This document shows positions 29,927 to 38,704 of a stretch of DNA of 64,000 bases, piece after piece (positions within the stretch are counted from its first letter, which is position 1; each line of letters begins with the position of its first letter). Source of the DNA: an uncultured Chthonomonadaceae bacterium (GTDB lineage: Bacteria > Armatimonadota > Chthonomonadetes > Chthonomonadales > Chthonomonadaceae); NCBI GenBank assembly GCA_963835065.1, contig CAWIEK010000003.1, positions 32,001-96,000 of the forward strand, written 5' to 3'. The translations under genes and the position numbers were made by a program. The notes beneath the pieces are model-generated. The model was given only the letters and a program-made list of their open reading frames with translations. It was not told the DNA's origin and did not search any database.

Positions 29927-30208
29927 CTATCTGCCGGGACCACCGGAGGATGCCGGCCCGCCGGAACTGCCCGGTCCACCCGACATTGGGCCGCCGGAAC
30001 CGCCCGGCCCCCCGGAACGTCCGGGACCGCCCGAACCACCGGGGCCACCCGAACCGCTGGAACCGGGCGTAAAGCCCGCGGGCGCGTTTTTGTACGGGTT
30101 TTCGCCCCCCCCGCCATTGCTGATAGTTTTGCGGGCAAAAAAGATAATTACAAGTAAGAGAACGACAACGGCTCCGATGATCATTGCAGGATTTACTTCT
30201 TGCTTCAA
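29927..30208 (-). CDS. Small single-pass membrane protein with Gly/Ser/Pro-rich tail
   Basis: TTG start after a G-rich SD, KQEVNPAMIIGAVVVLLLVIIFF transmembrane segment, and (GGPGxS)n tail. Confidence 0.7.
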   Translation of the reverse strand: MKQEVNPAMIIGAVVVLLLVIIFFARKTISNGGGGENPYKNAPAGFTPGSSGSGGPGGSGGPGRSGGPGGSGGPMSGGPGSSGGPASSGGPGR

Positions 30209-30560
30209 GGTCTCACCCCCTTTTCCTGGTATAAACGCCGCGTTTTCTCTGCTGAAAATCGCGTTTTCTCTGCATGGATCTCCCGCTGCAGAACTGCGCT
30301 TCTGAAAGTTTGTGTCCATTCCTCCATGCGCACATGCGCGTTCATGCACTCATCATAGCACAGGTAGGCATACTTTTCAATACCTTACACGAGTTATCCT
30401 GCATAATGAGTGGAAAAATCAAAAAATTTTTCCGCGCCCCCCCTGATTTTAACGTTTCTGGCGGAATATGCCGTAATAATACCAGGTATGTACGAGGGAA
30501 GCAGGGCGCCAGGGCTTTCTGCGTTGGGTATTTTCATACCCAACGCCGCGATACAGAAAG

Positions 30561-30590
30561 TTGACATTTCTGAGGACACAGTGTTATCAT
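30561..30590 (+). promoter_or_regulatory. Putative sigma70 promoter for the cytochrome gene
   Basis: TTGACA-18 nt-TATCAT with an extended -10 TG. Confidence 0.45.
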
Positions 30591-30729
30591 GGAAGAAAGA
30601 AAAACGCGCATGCTCCTGCGCCTCGCTGGAGTTTATCTCCCTCTGGAGTTTATCTCCCATAATGCTTGATGACATTCTATGCCACTTAGAAATTCACGCG
30701 CCAACTTACCGGAAACGTTTTTCCATCGA

Positions 30730-31899
30730 ATGGCTGTTTCCGTCCGTATATTAGGCAGCGGCCTGGCCCTTTCCTTCCTGCTGCTCCTGGCCCTGACCGC
30801 CTGCCACCGCAGCCCGCCGGCTGCGCCGATTGGGGGAAACGCGCCGGCTGTTGTGCCGGACGCGGAGGGGTATGTCGGCAACAGCGCCTGCGCGTCCTGC
30901 CATCCCGGCGAATTTAAGCAGCATCAGGGAAGCCGCCATGCGCTGACCATGCGCGCGGCGGATACCGGTTCGCTGGGCGCGATGGCTCCCGCACCCGGCG
31001 CGATTCCTCTGGCGGGCTACGCGCTTGCCGCCCCGTCAGGCCGGCTGACGCTGACCCGCGCGATTGCTCCCGTCGGCCCCGTCCCGCTTGATCTGGCGCT
31101 TGGCTCCGGCAAAGTGGGAATTACCTTTATTTCCCTGCAAGGCAAGGACTCGCTCCTGGAAGCGCGCATGAGCTACTTCCCGGAAGGCAGGCAATGGGAC
31201 TTTACGCCGGGGCAGGAAGCCAAAAACGAGAAAGATACCGTGTTCGGGCGCATACATCAGGGCGATATAGACGCGCGCCGTTGTGTGCATTGCCACTCGG
31301 TCACGCTGCCGCCGGATGACCTCCGGCCCGATCCGAAATTCTACGGCGTGGGCTGCGAATCCTGTCATGGGCCGGGCAAAGCGCATATTGACGCCATGCG
31401 CGCGGGCGATTTGGCTCACATTGCAATGCAGGATTTAAGCAAACTGCCTTCCGGCCAACTCAACGATTTGTGCGGCAAATGCCACCGCTCGCTCAAGGAT
31501 ATTGAGTTAGACACGACGGCAGGCTCCCTGACGCACCGTTTTCAGCCGTATGCGCTGGTACGCAGCCGCTGCCGCAACAGCGACGGCAGCGTTCTGTCGT
31601 GCATGACCTGCCATTCCCCGCATACCAACGTCAGCCTGGACATGAAAAAGCACGAGCAGGAGTGCCTGCAGTGCCACACGAGCGGGCAGGCGCTCCCTTC
31701 CAAACCGGGCGCGGCTGTCGTGGTGGGTACGGCCTGCCCCGTGAATGCGAAAACCGGCTGCATCCCCTGCCACATGCGCGACAGGCAATCGTTCCCCGGC
31801 CTCTTTTGGAAGCCGATGGTAGACCATCTGATTTCCATAGACCCCAATAAAAGCCGCAGCAAGCCGCCCAACCACCCTACGGCAAGCGCTACAAAATAG
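30730..31899 (+). CDS. Multiheme c-type cytochrome lipoprotein (7 CxxCH)
   Basis: CASCH, CVHCH, CESCH, CGKCH, CMTCH, CLQCH and CIPCH; lipobox LTAC. Confidence 0.92.
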   Translation: MAVSVRILGSGLALSFLLLLALTACHRSPPAAPIGGNAPAVVPDAEGYVGNSACASCHPGEFKQHQGSRHALTMRAADTGSLGAMAPAPGAIPLAGYALAAPSGRLTLTRAIAPVGPVPLDLALGSGKVGITFISLQGKDSLLEARMSYFPEGRQWDFTPGQEAKNEKDTVFGRIHQGDIDARRCVHCHSVTLPPDDLRPDPKFYGVGCESCHGPGKAHIDAMRAGDLAHIAMQDLSKLPSGQLNDLCGKCHRSLKDIELDTTAGSLTHRFQPYALVRSRCRNSDGSVLSCMTCHSPHTNVSLDMKKHEQECLQCHTSGQALPSKPGAAVVVGTACPVNAKTGCIPCHMRDRQSFPGLFWKPMVDHLISIDPNKSRSKPPNHPTASATK

Positions 31900-31920
31900 G
31901 CATACGCAGAACCATTTGTT

Positions 31921-32403
31921 TCAAAGGTTGTGCGCTTGCCGAATTGTGGCGAGCAGTCCCTCGGTGGCCTGATTGACAAGCGCGTACACTTCGGCGTATC
32001 TGCCGTCGTAGTAGGGGTCGGGCACTTCCCGCGTTCCGGCGTCGGGGGCATAATCCATCAGGCGGGCGATTTGTGGCGGTTGGCCCTCTGACAGCCGCGC
32101 CCGTTGGAAGAGAGCGCTCACATCGGCGTAATTGCTTTCGTCCATCGTCAGAATATAATCGAAGTCTCTGAAATCTGCCGCGCCGACCTGCCGCGCGCTG
32201 TGCGCAAACGCGATACTGTTAGACTTCAGTATCTGCTGCGTTCCCCGGTGCGGAGCCTGCCCCCGGTGCCAATCGCCTGTTCCCGCCAAATCCACTTCGA
32301 TCTCGTTTTCTAATCCTGCCGCCTTCACCTTGTGCATAAACACCGCTTCCGCCATTGGTGAGCGGCAGATATTCCCCAAACACACAAACAACACTCGTAT
32401 CAT
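31921..32403 (-). CDS. Low molecular weight protein-tyrosine phosphatase
   Basis: CLGNICRS P-loop and VPDPYY. Confidence 0.95.
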   Translation of the reverse strand: MIRVLFVCLGNICRSPMAEAVFMHKVKAAGLENEIEVDLAGTGDWHRGQAPHRGTQQILKSNSIAFAHSARQVGAADFRDFDYILTMDESNYADVSALFQRARLSEGQPPQIARLMDYAPDAGTREVPDPYYDGRYAEVYALVNQATEGLLATIRQAHNL

Positions 32404-32626
32404 ATTTCGTTTCTCATTCTTTCAGTGTCAAGGCGCAGGCGCAGGATGCTGCCTGCGCCGTAAAAGCATACCCGATTTACAAGTTGAGAAGAAAACGCTC
32501 TGCATGGAAGCCAAATGTTGGGAAGGAAATTGTTCATGGCATAGGGAATAAACACACATTCTACACGACCGAAGCACCGCAACGACAGAAGCACAACAGA
32601 GAAACACAAAGCCAAAGGAAACAAAC

Positions 32627-32902
32627 ATGCCGACAGCGCCAACGCTTAAACAAGTAGAACATCTGGTACAACAACTGCCGCACGAGGAGCAGGAAACGCT
32701 TATACAGCATATTGCCGCGCAACTGCAAACAAGTCCTGCGCAACAGGCAAACGCGCAAAGCCTCAAAGAAATACAAGCCGCACAAATTGCTGAAGCCTTC
32801 GCCATCGCGGACGCGCTCGCCGAGCAGGTCGGAACGGAGTTCGATTCAGCAGAAGAACTGCGCCAAATACGCGAAGAGAGACTAAACGCCTTGTGTTGTT
32901 GA
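32627..32902 (+). CDS. Small helical protein resembling putative antitoxins
   Basis: SD AAGGA, TLKQVEHLVQQLPHEEQ pattern, and DSAEELRQIREE tail. Confidence 0.65.
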   Translation: MPTAPTLKQVEHLVQQLPHEEQETLIQHIAAQLQTSPAQQANAQSLKEIQAAQIAEAFAIADALAEQVGTEFDSAEELRQIREERLNALCC

Positions 32903-32918
32903 GGAAAGATAAGCGCGT

Positions 32919-34652
32919 ATGAAGTGGCCGAACCCAACCGATTATCAGGACGCCGTTCAAAACCCCCGGCTGTGCTTTTTCGACCCGGAATTGCAGGCGG
33001 GGATTGTGGCGACAAACCCGCTCGGCCTGCCCCGCGTGGCGTCGGGCAACTTTGCCAGCGTGTACGAGGTGCGAACGGGTAAAAAGCGGTGGGCGGTGCG
33101 GTGTTTTTTGCGGCAGTGCGCCGACCAGCAGAAGCATTACGCGCATATCACGAACCACTTGAAAGGCTTGTGGCTGCCGTTTCTGGTGGATTTCGAGTAT
33201 CAGCCGCAGGGTATCCGCTTGTTCGGGCAGCCGTATCCGATTGTCAAGATGCAATGGGTGGATGGGGTTGCGCTGCATACGTTTGTGAAGAAGAAATTGC
33301 GGCGTCCGCAGGATTTGGCGAAACTGGCGGCGCAGTGGCGGGGAATGGTGAACAGTCTGCACGGCAGCCGTTTGGCGCACGGCGATTTACAGCACGGCAA
33401 TGTTTTGGTCACCTCCAAAGGAATTGCGCGTCTGGTAGACTACGATGCCATGTACGTGTCCGCATTGCAAGGCGCGAACTGCGCCGAACTCGGCCACGCC
33501 AATTACCAGCATCCGCAGCGGCAGGCCAACCATTACGATCACCATCTGGACAATTTCGCCGCGCTCGTGATTTACGTCAGCCTCCGCGCCCTTGCCGCGG
33601 AACCGGAACTATGGGACAAGCACCACACGGGCGAAAACCTGATTTTCTCCTCTTCGGACTTCAAAGCGCCCGCCCAATCCGCCCTTTTCGCGCAACTCTG
33701 GCGCAGTCAGGACGCGGAAGTCCGCGCTCTTTCGGTACAACTGGCGGCGTGGTGCTGCGGCCCAATGGCGCAAATCGGCAATTTTGAGGCTGTTCTTGCA
33801 ACACCCCGTTCGGCAACCGCGCCTGTAAACGCGCAATTACAAACAGCAGCGCCAACATTGCCGCAACAACCAATAGCGACAACGCCTCAGCCAGCGTCCT
33901 CGAACCGTTGGTGGCTGGATAGCGCGGTACAATCTCAGCCTGTCACCCCAAAGATGCAGACATCTACTGTTGCCGCAGTTACAATAACGCCTCCAAAACA
34001 ACCTGGCACTTCTGTTATTAAGCCTCCACATCCTGGACAAATCAGACTGAATCCTATTGATGGAGCAGTCATGGTGTGGATACCGGAGGGGGAGTTTTGG
34101 ATGGGCAGTGATCAAGATTACCATGCGGAAAAGCCGCTACGAAAGGTAAGGTTGAATGGTTTTTGGATGTATAAACATGCCGTGACTGTCACACAATTTC
34201 GGAAGTATTGTGATGCCGTAAGCAAAGCCATGCCATACGCCCCTTATTGGGGGTGGCAGCCAACTCAACCAATAGTAAACGTGTCATGGAATGACGCTTG
34301 GGCTTATTGTCAATGGGCTGCTGTTCAACTTCCGACGGAGGCACAGTGGGAGAAAGGCGCGCGAGGTACAGACGGTAGGATATACCCTTGGGGAAAGAGT
34401 TGGGATATTCATAAGTGTTGCGGATCAACAACAGCGCAGGGTAAACAGCAAATGCCAGTTTGTGTTGATAAGTACGCCAATGGTTCAAGTCCTTATGGGC
34501 TAATGAATATGGTGGGTAACGTGAATGAATGGTGTCTGGATTGGTACGATCCTAATTACTACACAACCGCGCCATCGTATAAGGAGTACGCCATTTTATG
34601 TAGGCCTTTGCTTGTTCACAACACATCGTTATCCGACTGGTTCTGCTGTTGA
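32919..34652 (+). CDS. Protein kinase-like domain fused to a C-terminally truncated FGE-sulfatase (SUMF1) domain
   Basis: Kinase: SGNFASVY, HGDLQHGN, LVDYD. FGE: FWMGS, LPTEAQWEKGARG, YPWG, NMVGNVNEWCLDWY. The RGGSW and GFR end motifs are absent. Confidence 0.85.
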   Translation: MKWPNPTDYQDAVQNPRLCFFDPELQAGIVATNPLGLPRVASGNFASVYEVRTGKKRWAVRCFLRQCADQQKHYAHITNHLKGLWLPFLVDFEYQPQGIRLFGQPYPIVKMQWVDGVALHTFVKKKLRRPQDLAKLAAQWRGMVNSLHGSRLAHGDLQHGNVLVTSKGIARLVDYDAMYVSALQGANCAELGHANYQHPQRQANHYDHHLDNFAALVIYVSLRALAAEPELWDKHHTGENLIFSSSDFKAPAQSALFAQLWRSQDAEVRALSVQLAAWCCGPMAQIGNFEAVLATPRSATAPVNAQLQTAAPTLPQQPIATTPQPASSNRWWLDSAVQSQPVTPKMQTSTVAAVTITPPKQPGTSVIKPPHPGQIRLNPIDGAVMVWIPEGEFWMGSDQDYHAEKPLRKVRLNGFWMYKHAVTVTQFRKYCDAVSKAMPYAPYWGWQPTQPIVNVSWNDAWAYCQWAAVQLPTEAQWEKGARGTDGRIYPWGKSWDIHKCCGSTTAQGKQQMPVCVDKYANGSSPYGLMNMVGNVNEWCLDWYDPNYYTTAPSYKEYAILCRPLLVHNTSLSDWFCC

Positions 34653-34661
34653 GCCGTAGAG

Positions 34662-35069
34662 GTGGCACGGCGTAGCGGCATCATGATTGTGTCGCCGTTT
34701 GATGTGCTGATCCGCCGCGTTCCACGCCTGCAAACCCGTCAGCCGGACGTGATGTTCATTACCAATGACCGACTGGAACTATCCGGCGGCGTGATGATGG
34801 AAGGGCCGTTGGAACAGCCGCCGGAACTGGTCATTGAAGTGCTGTCGCCAAGCGAAACTCGGCGCATTGTACAAGACAAGATCGAAGACTACCGCAGCAT
34901 CGGCGTGGAAGAAGCATGGCTGGTCAGTTCACAGGCAGAAACGGTTCAGGTCTTGCGCCTCACGGCAGAAGGCGTGGAAATCGTAGCACTTTACGGCATT
35001 AATCAGAGCGTTACCTCGTTGGTATTCCCTGACATGACGCTTTCTCTGGCCGACATTTTCGCGTACTGA
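34662..35069 (+). pseudogene. Uma2 (DUF820) family endonuclease, N-terminally truncated
   Basis: RQPDVMFI, PELVIEVLSPSE and KIEDYRSIGVEEAWLV. The usual N-terminal ~50 aa are missing. Confidence 0.75.
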
Positions 35070-35112
35070 TTGCCTGTGCAACAAATACCAAATTTTAGGA
35101 ACCGAGACACCA

Positions 35113-37167
35113 ATGGCGATGGACTCCGACGCGGGAACGAACCCCGACGCTTCCAACACAACCCAAAAGACAGCTTCCCAATCCGCCGTATCCGATACGA
35201 TGGTGGATGAACTGCCGTCTGCCTTAACGGGAACGGCGATGCAGCGCAAGGCCGTGACGTGGCGCAGCGTGTTGCTATGCCTGATTTTGCTGCCTGTCAA
35301 CGCGCTGTGGGTGGTGAACATGGAAATCGTGCGCTATTCGGCGCACCCGACAACCATTTCTCTGCTGTTCAATACGGTCTTTGAACTGTTCTGCCTGACC
35401 ATGTTCAACCGCGTCGTGATGCGCTTCGCGCCGCGTATGGCGCTTGGACGGGGCGAACTGCTGCTCATTTATTCCATTTTGTGCATCGGGTCGTGCGTGG
35501 CCGGGCATGACATGCTGGAAGTATTCGTGCCGATGCTGACGTACTCGTTCAAGCATGCGACAGCCACGAACAACTGGGGCACGCTCATCAATCCGCGCCT
35601 GCCCAAATGGCTGTTCATTGACAACGAGGCGATTTACAAGGGCTACTATCTGGGCAATGACAGCGTGTGGCACTGGCAGTACGTCCGCGCCTGGCTGCCC
35701 GTCGTATCCGCGTGGACGGTTTTCGTTTCGACGCTGATGTTCGTGATGCTGTGCATCAACGCCATTTTGCGCAAGCAGTGGACGGAAAACGAAAAACTCG
35801 GCTACCCCATTGTCCAACTGCCGCTGCAAATCACGAGTGAGCAGGCGTTTACGCCGCAGGGCATGTTCCGCAATCGCCTGTTCTGGTTAGGCTTTGTTCT
35901 GGCGGGCGCGGTTGACATGATCAACAGCCTCAACTACTACTATCCCGGCATCCCCACCGTATTAACTCCCGGTTTCGGCCAGTCCTTTCTTGACCTCGCG
36001 CCCTACTTTGCCACCAAGCCCTGGAACGCATTGGGCTGGACGCCGCTTTCGTTTTATCCGTTTATGATCGGGCTGGGCATGTTCATGCCGCTCGACTTTT
36101 TGTTTTCGTGCGTGTTCTTCTACTGGTTCTGGAAGTTTGAAAAAGTGTTTTCGGTTGCAATGGCCTACGATCAGGACCCGCGCTTCCCGTACACGGAAAA
36201 TCAGGCGTTCGGCGCGTACCTGTCGTTTTGTTTGTATTCGGTATGGATCAGCCGGGGGTATCTGAAGCAGGTGCTGCGCCGCGCATTGGGCAAACCGTCC
36301 GAACTTGACGACAGCCGCGAACCCATGAGCTACCGCAACGCCGTTTTGGGAATTGTGGGCGGCGTGGGCGTACTGGTCGGCTTTTCCGCGTATCTGGGAA
36401 TGCCCGTGTGGATCGGGTTGATGTTCTTCCTGATGTACTTCGCGCTTGCCCTTGCGATTACGCGCATGAGAGCCGAATTGGGAACGCCCATCCACGACCT
36501 GCACTTCACCGGCCCGGAAACCATTATGACGCGGGTGGCGGGCAGCCGCGCGTTTACGCAGGACAACCTCGTCGTATTCGGCCTGTTCTTCTGGTTCAAC
36601 CGCGCGTACCGCTCGCACCCGATGCCCAACCAACTGGAAGCGTACAAGCTGGCGGAACAATCGCGCACCAACTACAAATCCTGGAATCGCGCTATTTTCT
36701 GGTTGGGAACGTTCGCCGTTTTTGTCGCGTTCTGGGCCATTCTGCACCTGATGTACAGTTACGGCGCGGAAGGCAAAAGCCGCATGACGTTCGGAGCGGA
36801 GCCGTACACGAAAATGGAAGGCTGGCTGAAAACGCCCGAACTCGCCAAGTTTCAGGAGTTTCTGGCGATCACAGTCGGCTTTGGCATCGCGTTTTTGCTG
36901 CAATGGCTGCGCGTTCGCCTGCCCTGGTGGCCGCTGCATCCGCTTGCGTTCGCCGTGTCCTCGTCCTGGGAAATCAACTTGGTGTGGGGGCCGCTGTTCC
37001 TCGCGTGGCTGTTCAAGACCCTGCTGCTGCGCTACAGCGGGCGGGGCGGCTTCCAGCGTTCCCTGCCGTTCTTTCTCGGCCTGATGCTCGGCCAGTTCGT
37101 CGTCGGCAGCCTGTGGAACCTGTACGGCATCGCCCGCGACCTGCCGACGTACCAGTTCTGGCAGTGA
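35113..37167 (+). CDS. Polytopic membrane protein, putative peptide-transporter-like family (DUF6785/DUF6784-like)
   Basis: Many transmembrane segments, RKQWTENEKLGYPIVQLP, RMRAELG, WWPLHP and PFFLGL. Confidence 0.8.
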   Translation: MAMDSDAGTNPDASNTTQKTASQSAVSDTMVDELPSALTGTAMQRKAVTWRSVLLCLILLPVNALWVVNMEIVRYSAHPTTISLLFNTVFELFCLTMFNRVVMRFAPRMALGRGELLLIYSILCIGSCVAGHDMLEVFVPMLTYSFKHATATNNWGTLINPRLPKWLFIDNEAIYKGYYLGNDSVWHWQYVRAWLPVVSAWTVFVSTLMFVMLCINAILRKQWTENEKLGYPIVQLPLQITSEQAFTPQGMFRNRLFWLGFVLAGAVDMINSLNYYYPGIPTVLTPGFGQSFLDLAPYFATKPWNALGWTPLSFYPFMIGLGMFMPLDFLFSCVFFYWFWKFEKVFSVAMAYDQDPRFPYTENQAFGAYLSFCLYSVWISRGYLKQVLRRALGKPSELDDSREPMSYRNAVLGIVGGVGVLVGFSAYLGMPVWIGLMFFLMYFALALAITRMRAELGTPIHDLHFTGPETIMTRVAGSRAFTQDNLVVFGLFFWFNRAYRSHPMPNQLEAYKLAEQSRTNYKSWNRAIFWLGTFAVFVAFWAILHLMYSYGAEGKSRMTFGAEPYTKMEGWLKTPELAKFQEFLAITVGFGIAFLLQWLRVRLPWWPLHPLAFAVSSSWEINLVWGPLFLAWLFKTLLLRYSGRGGFQRSLPFFLGLMLGQFVVGSLWNLYGIARDLPTYQFWQ

Positions 37168-37288
37168 CCTGACAAAAACCATGCTGGAAGTAACATTAAC
37201 CCTGCGCGTCCAATTTGCTGGTTTAGTGGCGGGAACGAATAGCTGTGAAGGCCGGAGTCAGAGTCAAGGGAAGTATAGAGAAAAAAGC

Positions 37289-37438
37289 AGTATGTAGAGG
37301 CAGCGTCGAAATCTTGGCAATGCAGCGCTTCCAGCCCGCTGTCTCGTTGTGTCAGGTTGTAGGAGTGAGGCATCAGGACCTCAGCGGCGTCAGGGCGGCA
37401 AAGGAAGCAGGCAGAGCATAGGCGGCTGTCTCCTTTCT
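37289..37438. repeat. Dispersed ~150-nt element, copy 2
   Basis: Aligns with 3513-3660. The minus strand has SD AAAGGAG and the mini-ORF MLCLLPLPP* (37419-37390). Confidence 0.85.
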
Positions 37439-37709
37439 GTTTAGTAGACGCATATCTACTTAGTCTGACGTCTTCTGTGAAGAAAAGGTTGCAACTTTTT
37501 GCCTGTCCTGTTGGATTTTTTTCTGCCAGACCGGAGATTGAAAATCCCCGGCAGGAAAGTACAAGCGTCCTGTGGACGCGGTTCTGAGTTCCAAACGGGG
37601 CAGGAAGTAGAAATTGTGCTGGTAACGGATTGGTCTCAGGCCGATATTCCACAATGCTTGTGCGCGGTTCAGGCTGCCGACACGGTTGCTTCGTGAACGG
37701 AAGACAAAA

Positions 37710-38663
37710 GTGAAACCTAAAATACATCAAATGGCGGTACGCAGAAAACCCATGTGGTGGGTGTGCTTGCTGTTCGCAGGCGTTTTATACGCACTCTGCA
37801 CCTGTCAAAAAGCCGAAGCGCAAGCTACGTCGGACTCACGCCCTGTTACTTTGCACTTTCAGCAAACTCCGTTTCGCGTCGCTTTGCACGAACTCTTCTG
37901 CCAAGCGGATGTGCCTTACCGATGCAAGCCAGAACTGGAAACATTGCTCGATTCAGAAGATATCAAGGTTACGGTTGATTACAAAGAAGTGCCATTTCCT
38001 CGCGCGCTCGATTCGCTTTTACGCTTCAATGACGGCGACAATATGAGCAAGCCTATCGGACTCATGTCTTATCGTCAGCAAAAGGGTGTCTACGTCTTCT
38101 CGCGCGGTGATGGTGTTCGAGAACAGAACGTTACATTGAATCACATGGATACCAACCTGGTAGATGCTCTAAAACAGGTGTGTTCGCAGGTTAACGTCAG
38201 TTATGTCCTGAATCTCGGTCAGTATGCAACACGCCATGTTTCGTTCCCTGCATTGAACACGCCCTTTGCGCAAGCCGTCGAGCATTTACTGGAAGCCGCA
38301 CATGCCAGCCCCGATTTGGAACTTGCTGTAAAGAGCGGAACGGTAATTATAGGCCGTCCTTTACCCTTAGACTTGAGTAATTACCTGCCGCATGTTCATC
38401 CTTCACAAAACATGATTGTACTCTGTTTGCAGGACGAAAATTTGTATACGGCGCTATTTTTCGTGTGTTACTCCACAGGCGAACCGTTTCTCTTGTCTCC
38501 TGCGTCGCGCCAATCACGCGCTAAAAATATGGTTCAGACTGCCTCGGTTGAGCATGTGCTTAAGGAGTTAATACAGGGGTCAACATCCTCACTAAAATAT
38601 AGTTACAAGGATAAAATGATCCAAATCGTCGAAAAGCACCCCAGCCTTGAACGGCAATGGTAG
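37710..38663 (+). CDS. Secreted hypothetical protein with repeated STN/secretin-N-like domains
   Basis: Signal peptide ending AEAQA and repeated VTLxFxxxPFxxALxxL patterns. Start GTG 37710 or ATG 37731. Confidence 0.65.
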   Translation: MKPKIHQMAVRRKPMWWVCLLFAGVLYALCTCQKAEAQATSDSRPVTLHFQQTPFRVALHELFCQADVPYRCKPELETLLDSEDIKVTVDYKEVPFPRALDSLLRFNDGDNMSKPIGLMSYRQQKGVYVFSRGDGVREQNVTLNHMDTNLVDALKQVCSQVNVSYVLNLGQYATRHVSFPALNTPFAQAVEHLLEAAHASPDLELAVKSGTVIIGRPLPLDLSNYLPHVHPSQNMIVLCLQDENLYTALFFVCYSTGEPFLLSPASRQSRAKNMVQTASVEHVLKELIQGSTSSLKYSYKDKMIQIVEKHPSLERQW

Positions 38664-38704
38664 TGTAAAGCCATTCGTTTTCAGAGGGTACGGAGAAATT
38701 AGCT

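Noticed and set aside
34060..34652. Diversity-generating retroelement target (FGE/C-type lectin fold)
   Set aside because: No reverse transcriptase or template-repeat copy in the window, and the variable C-terminus is missing.
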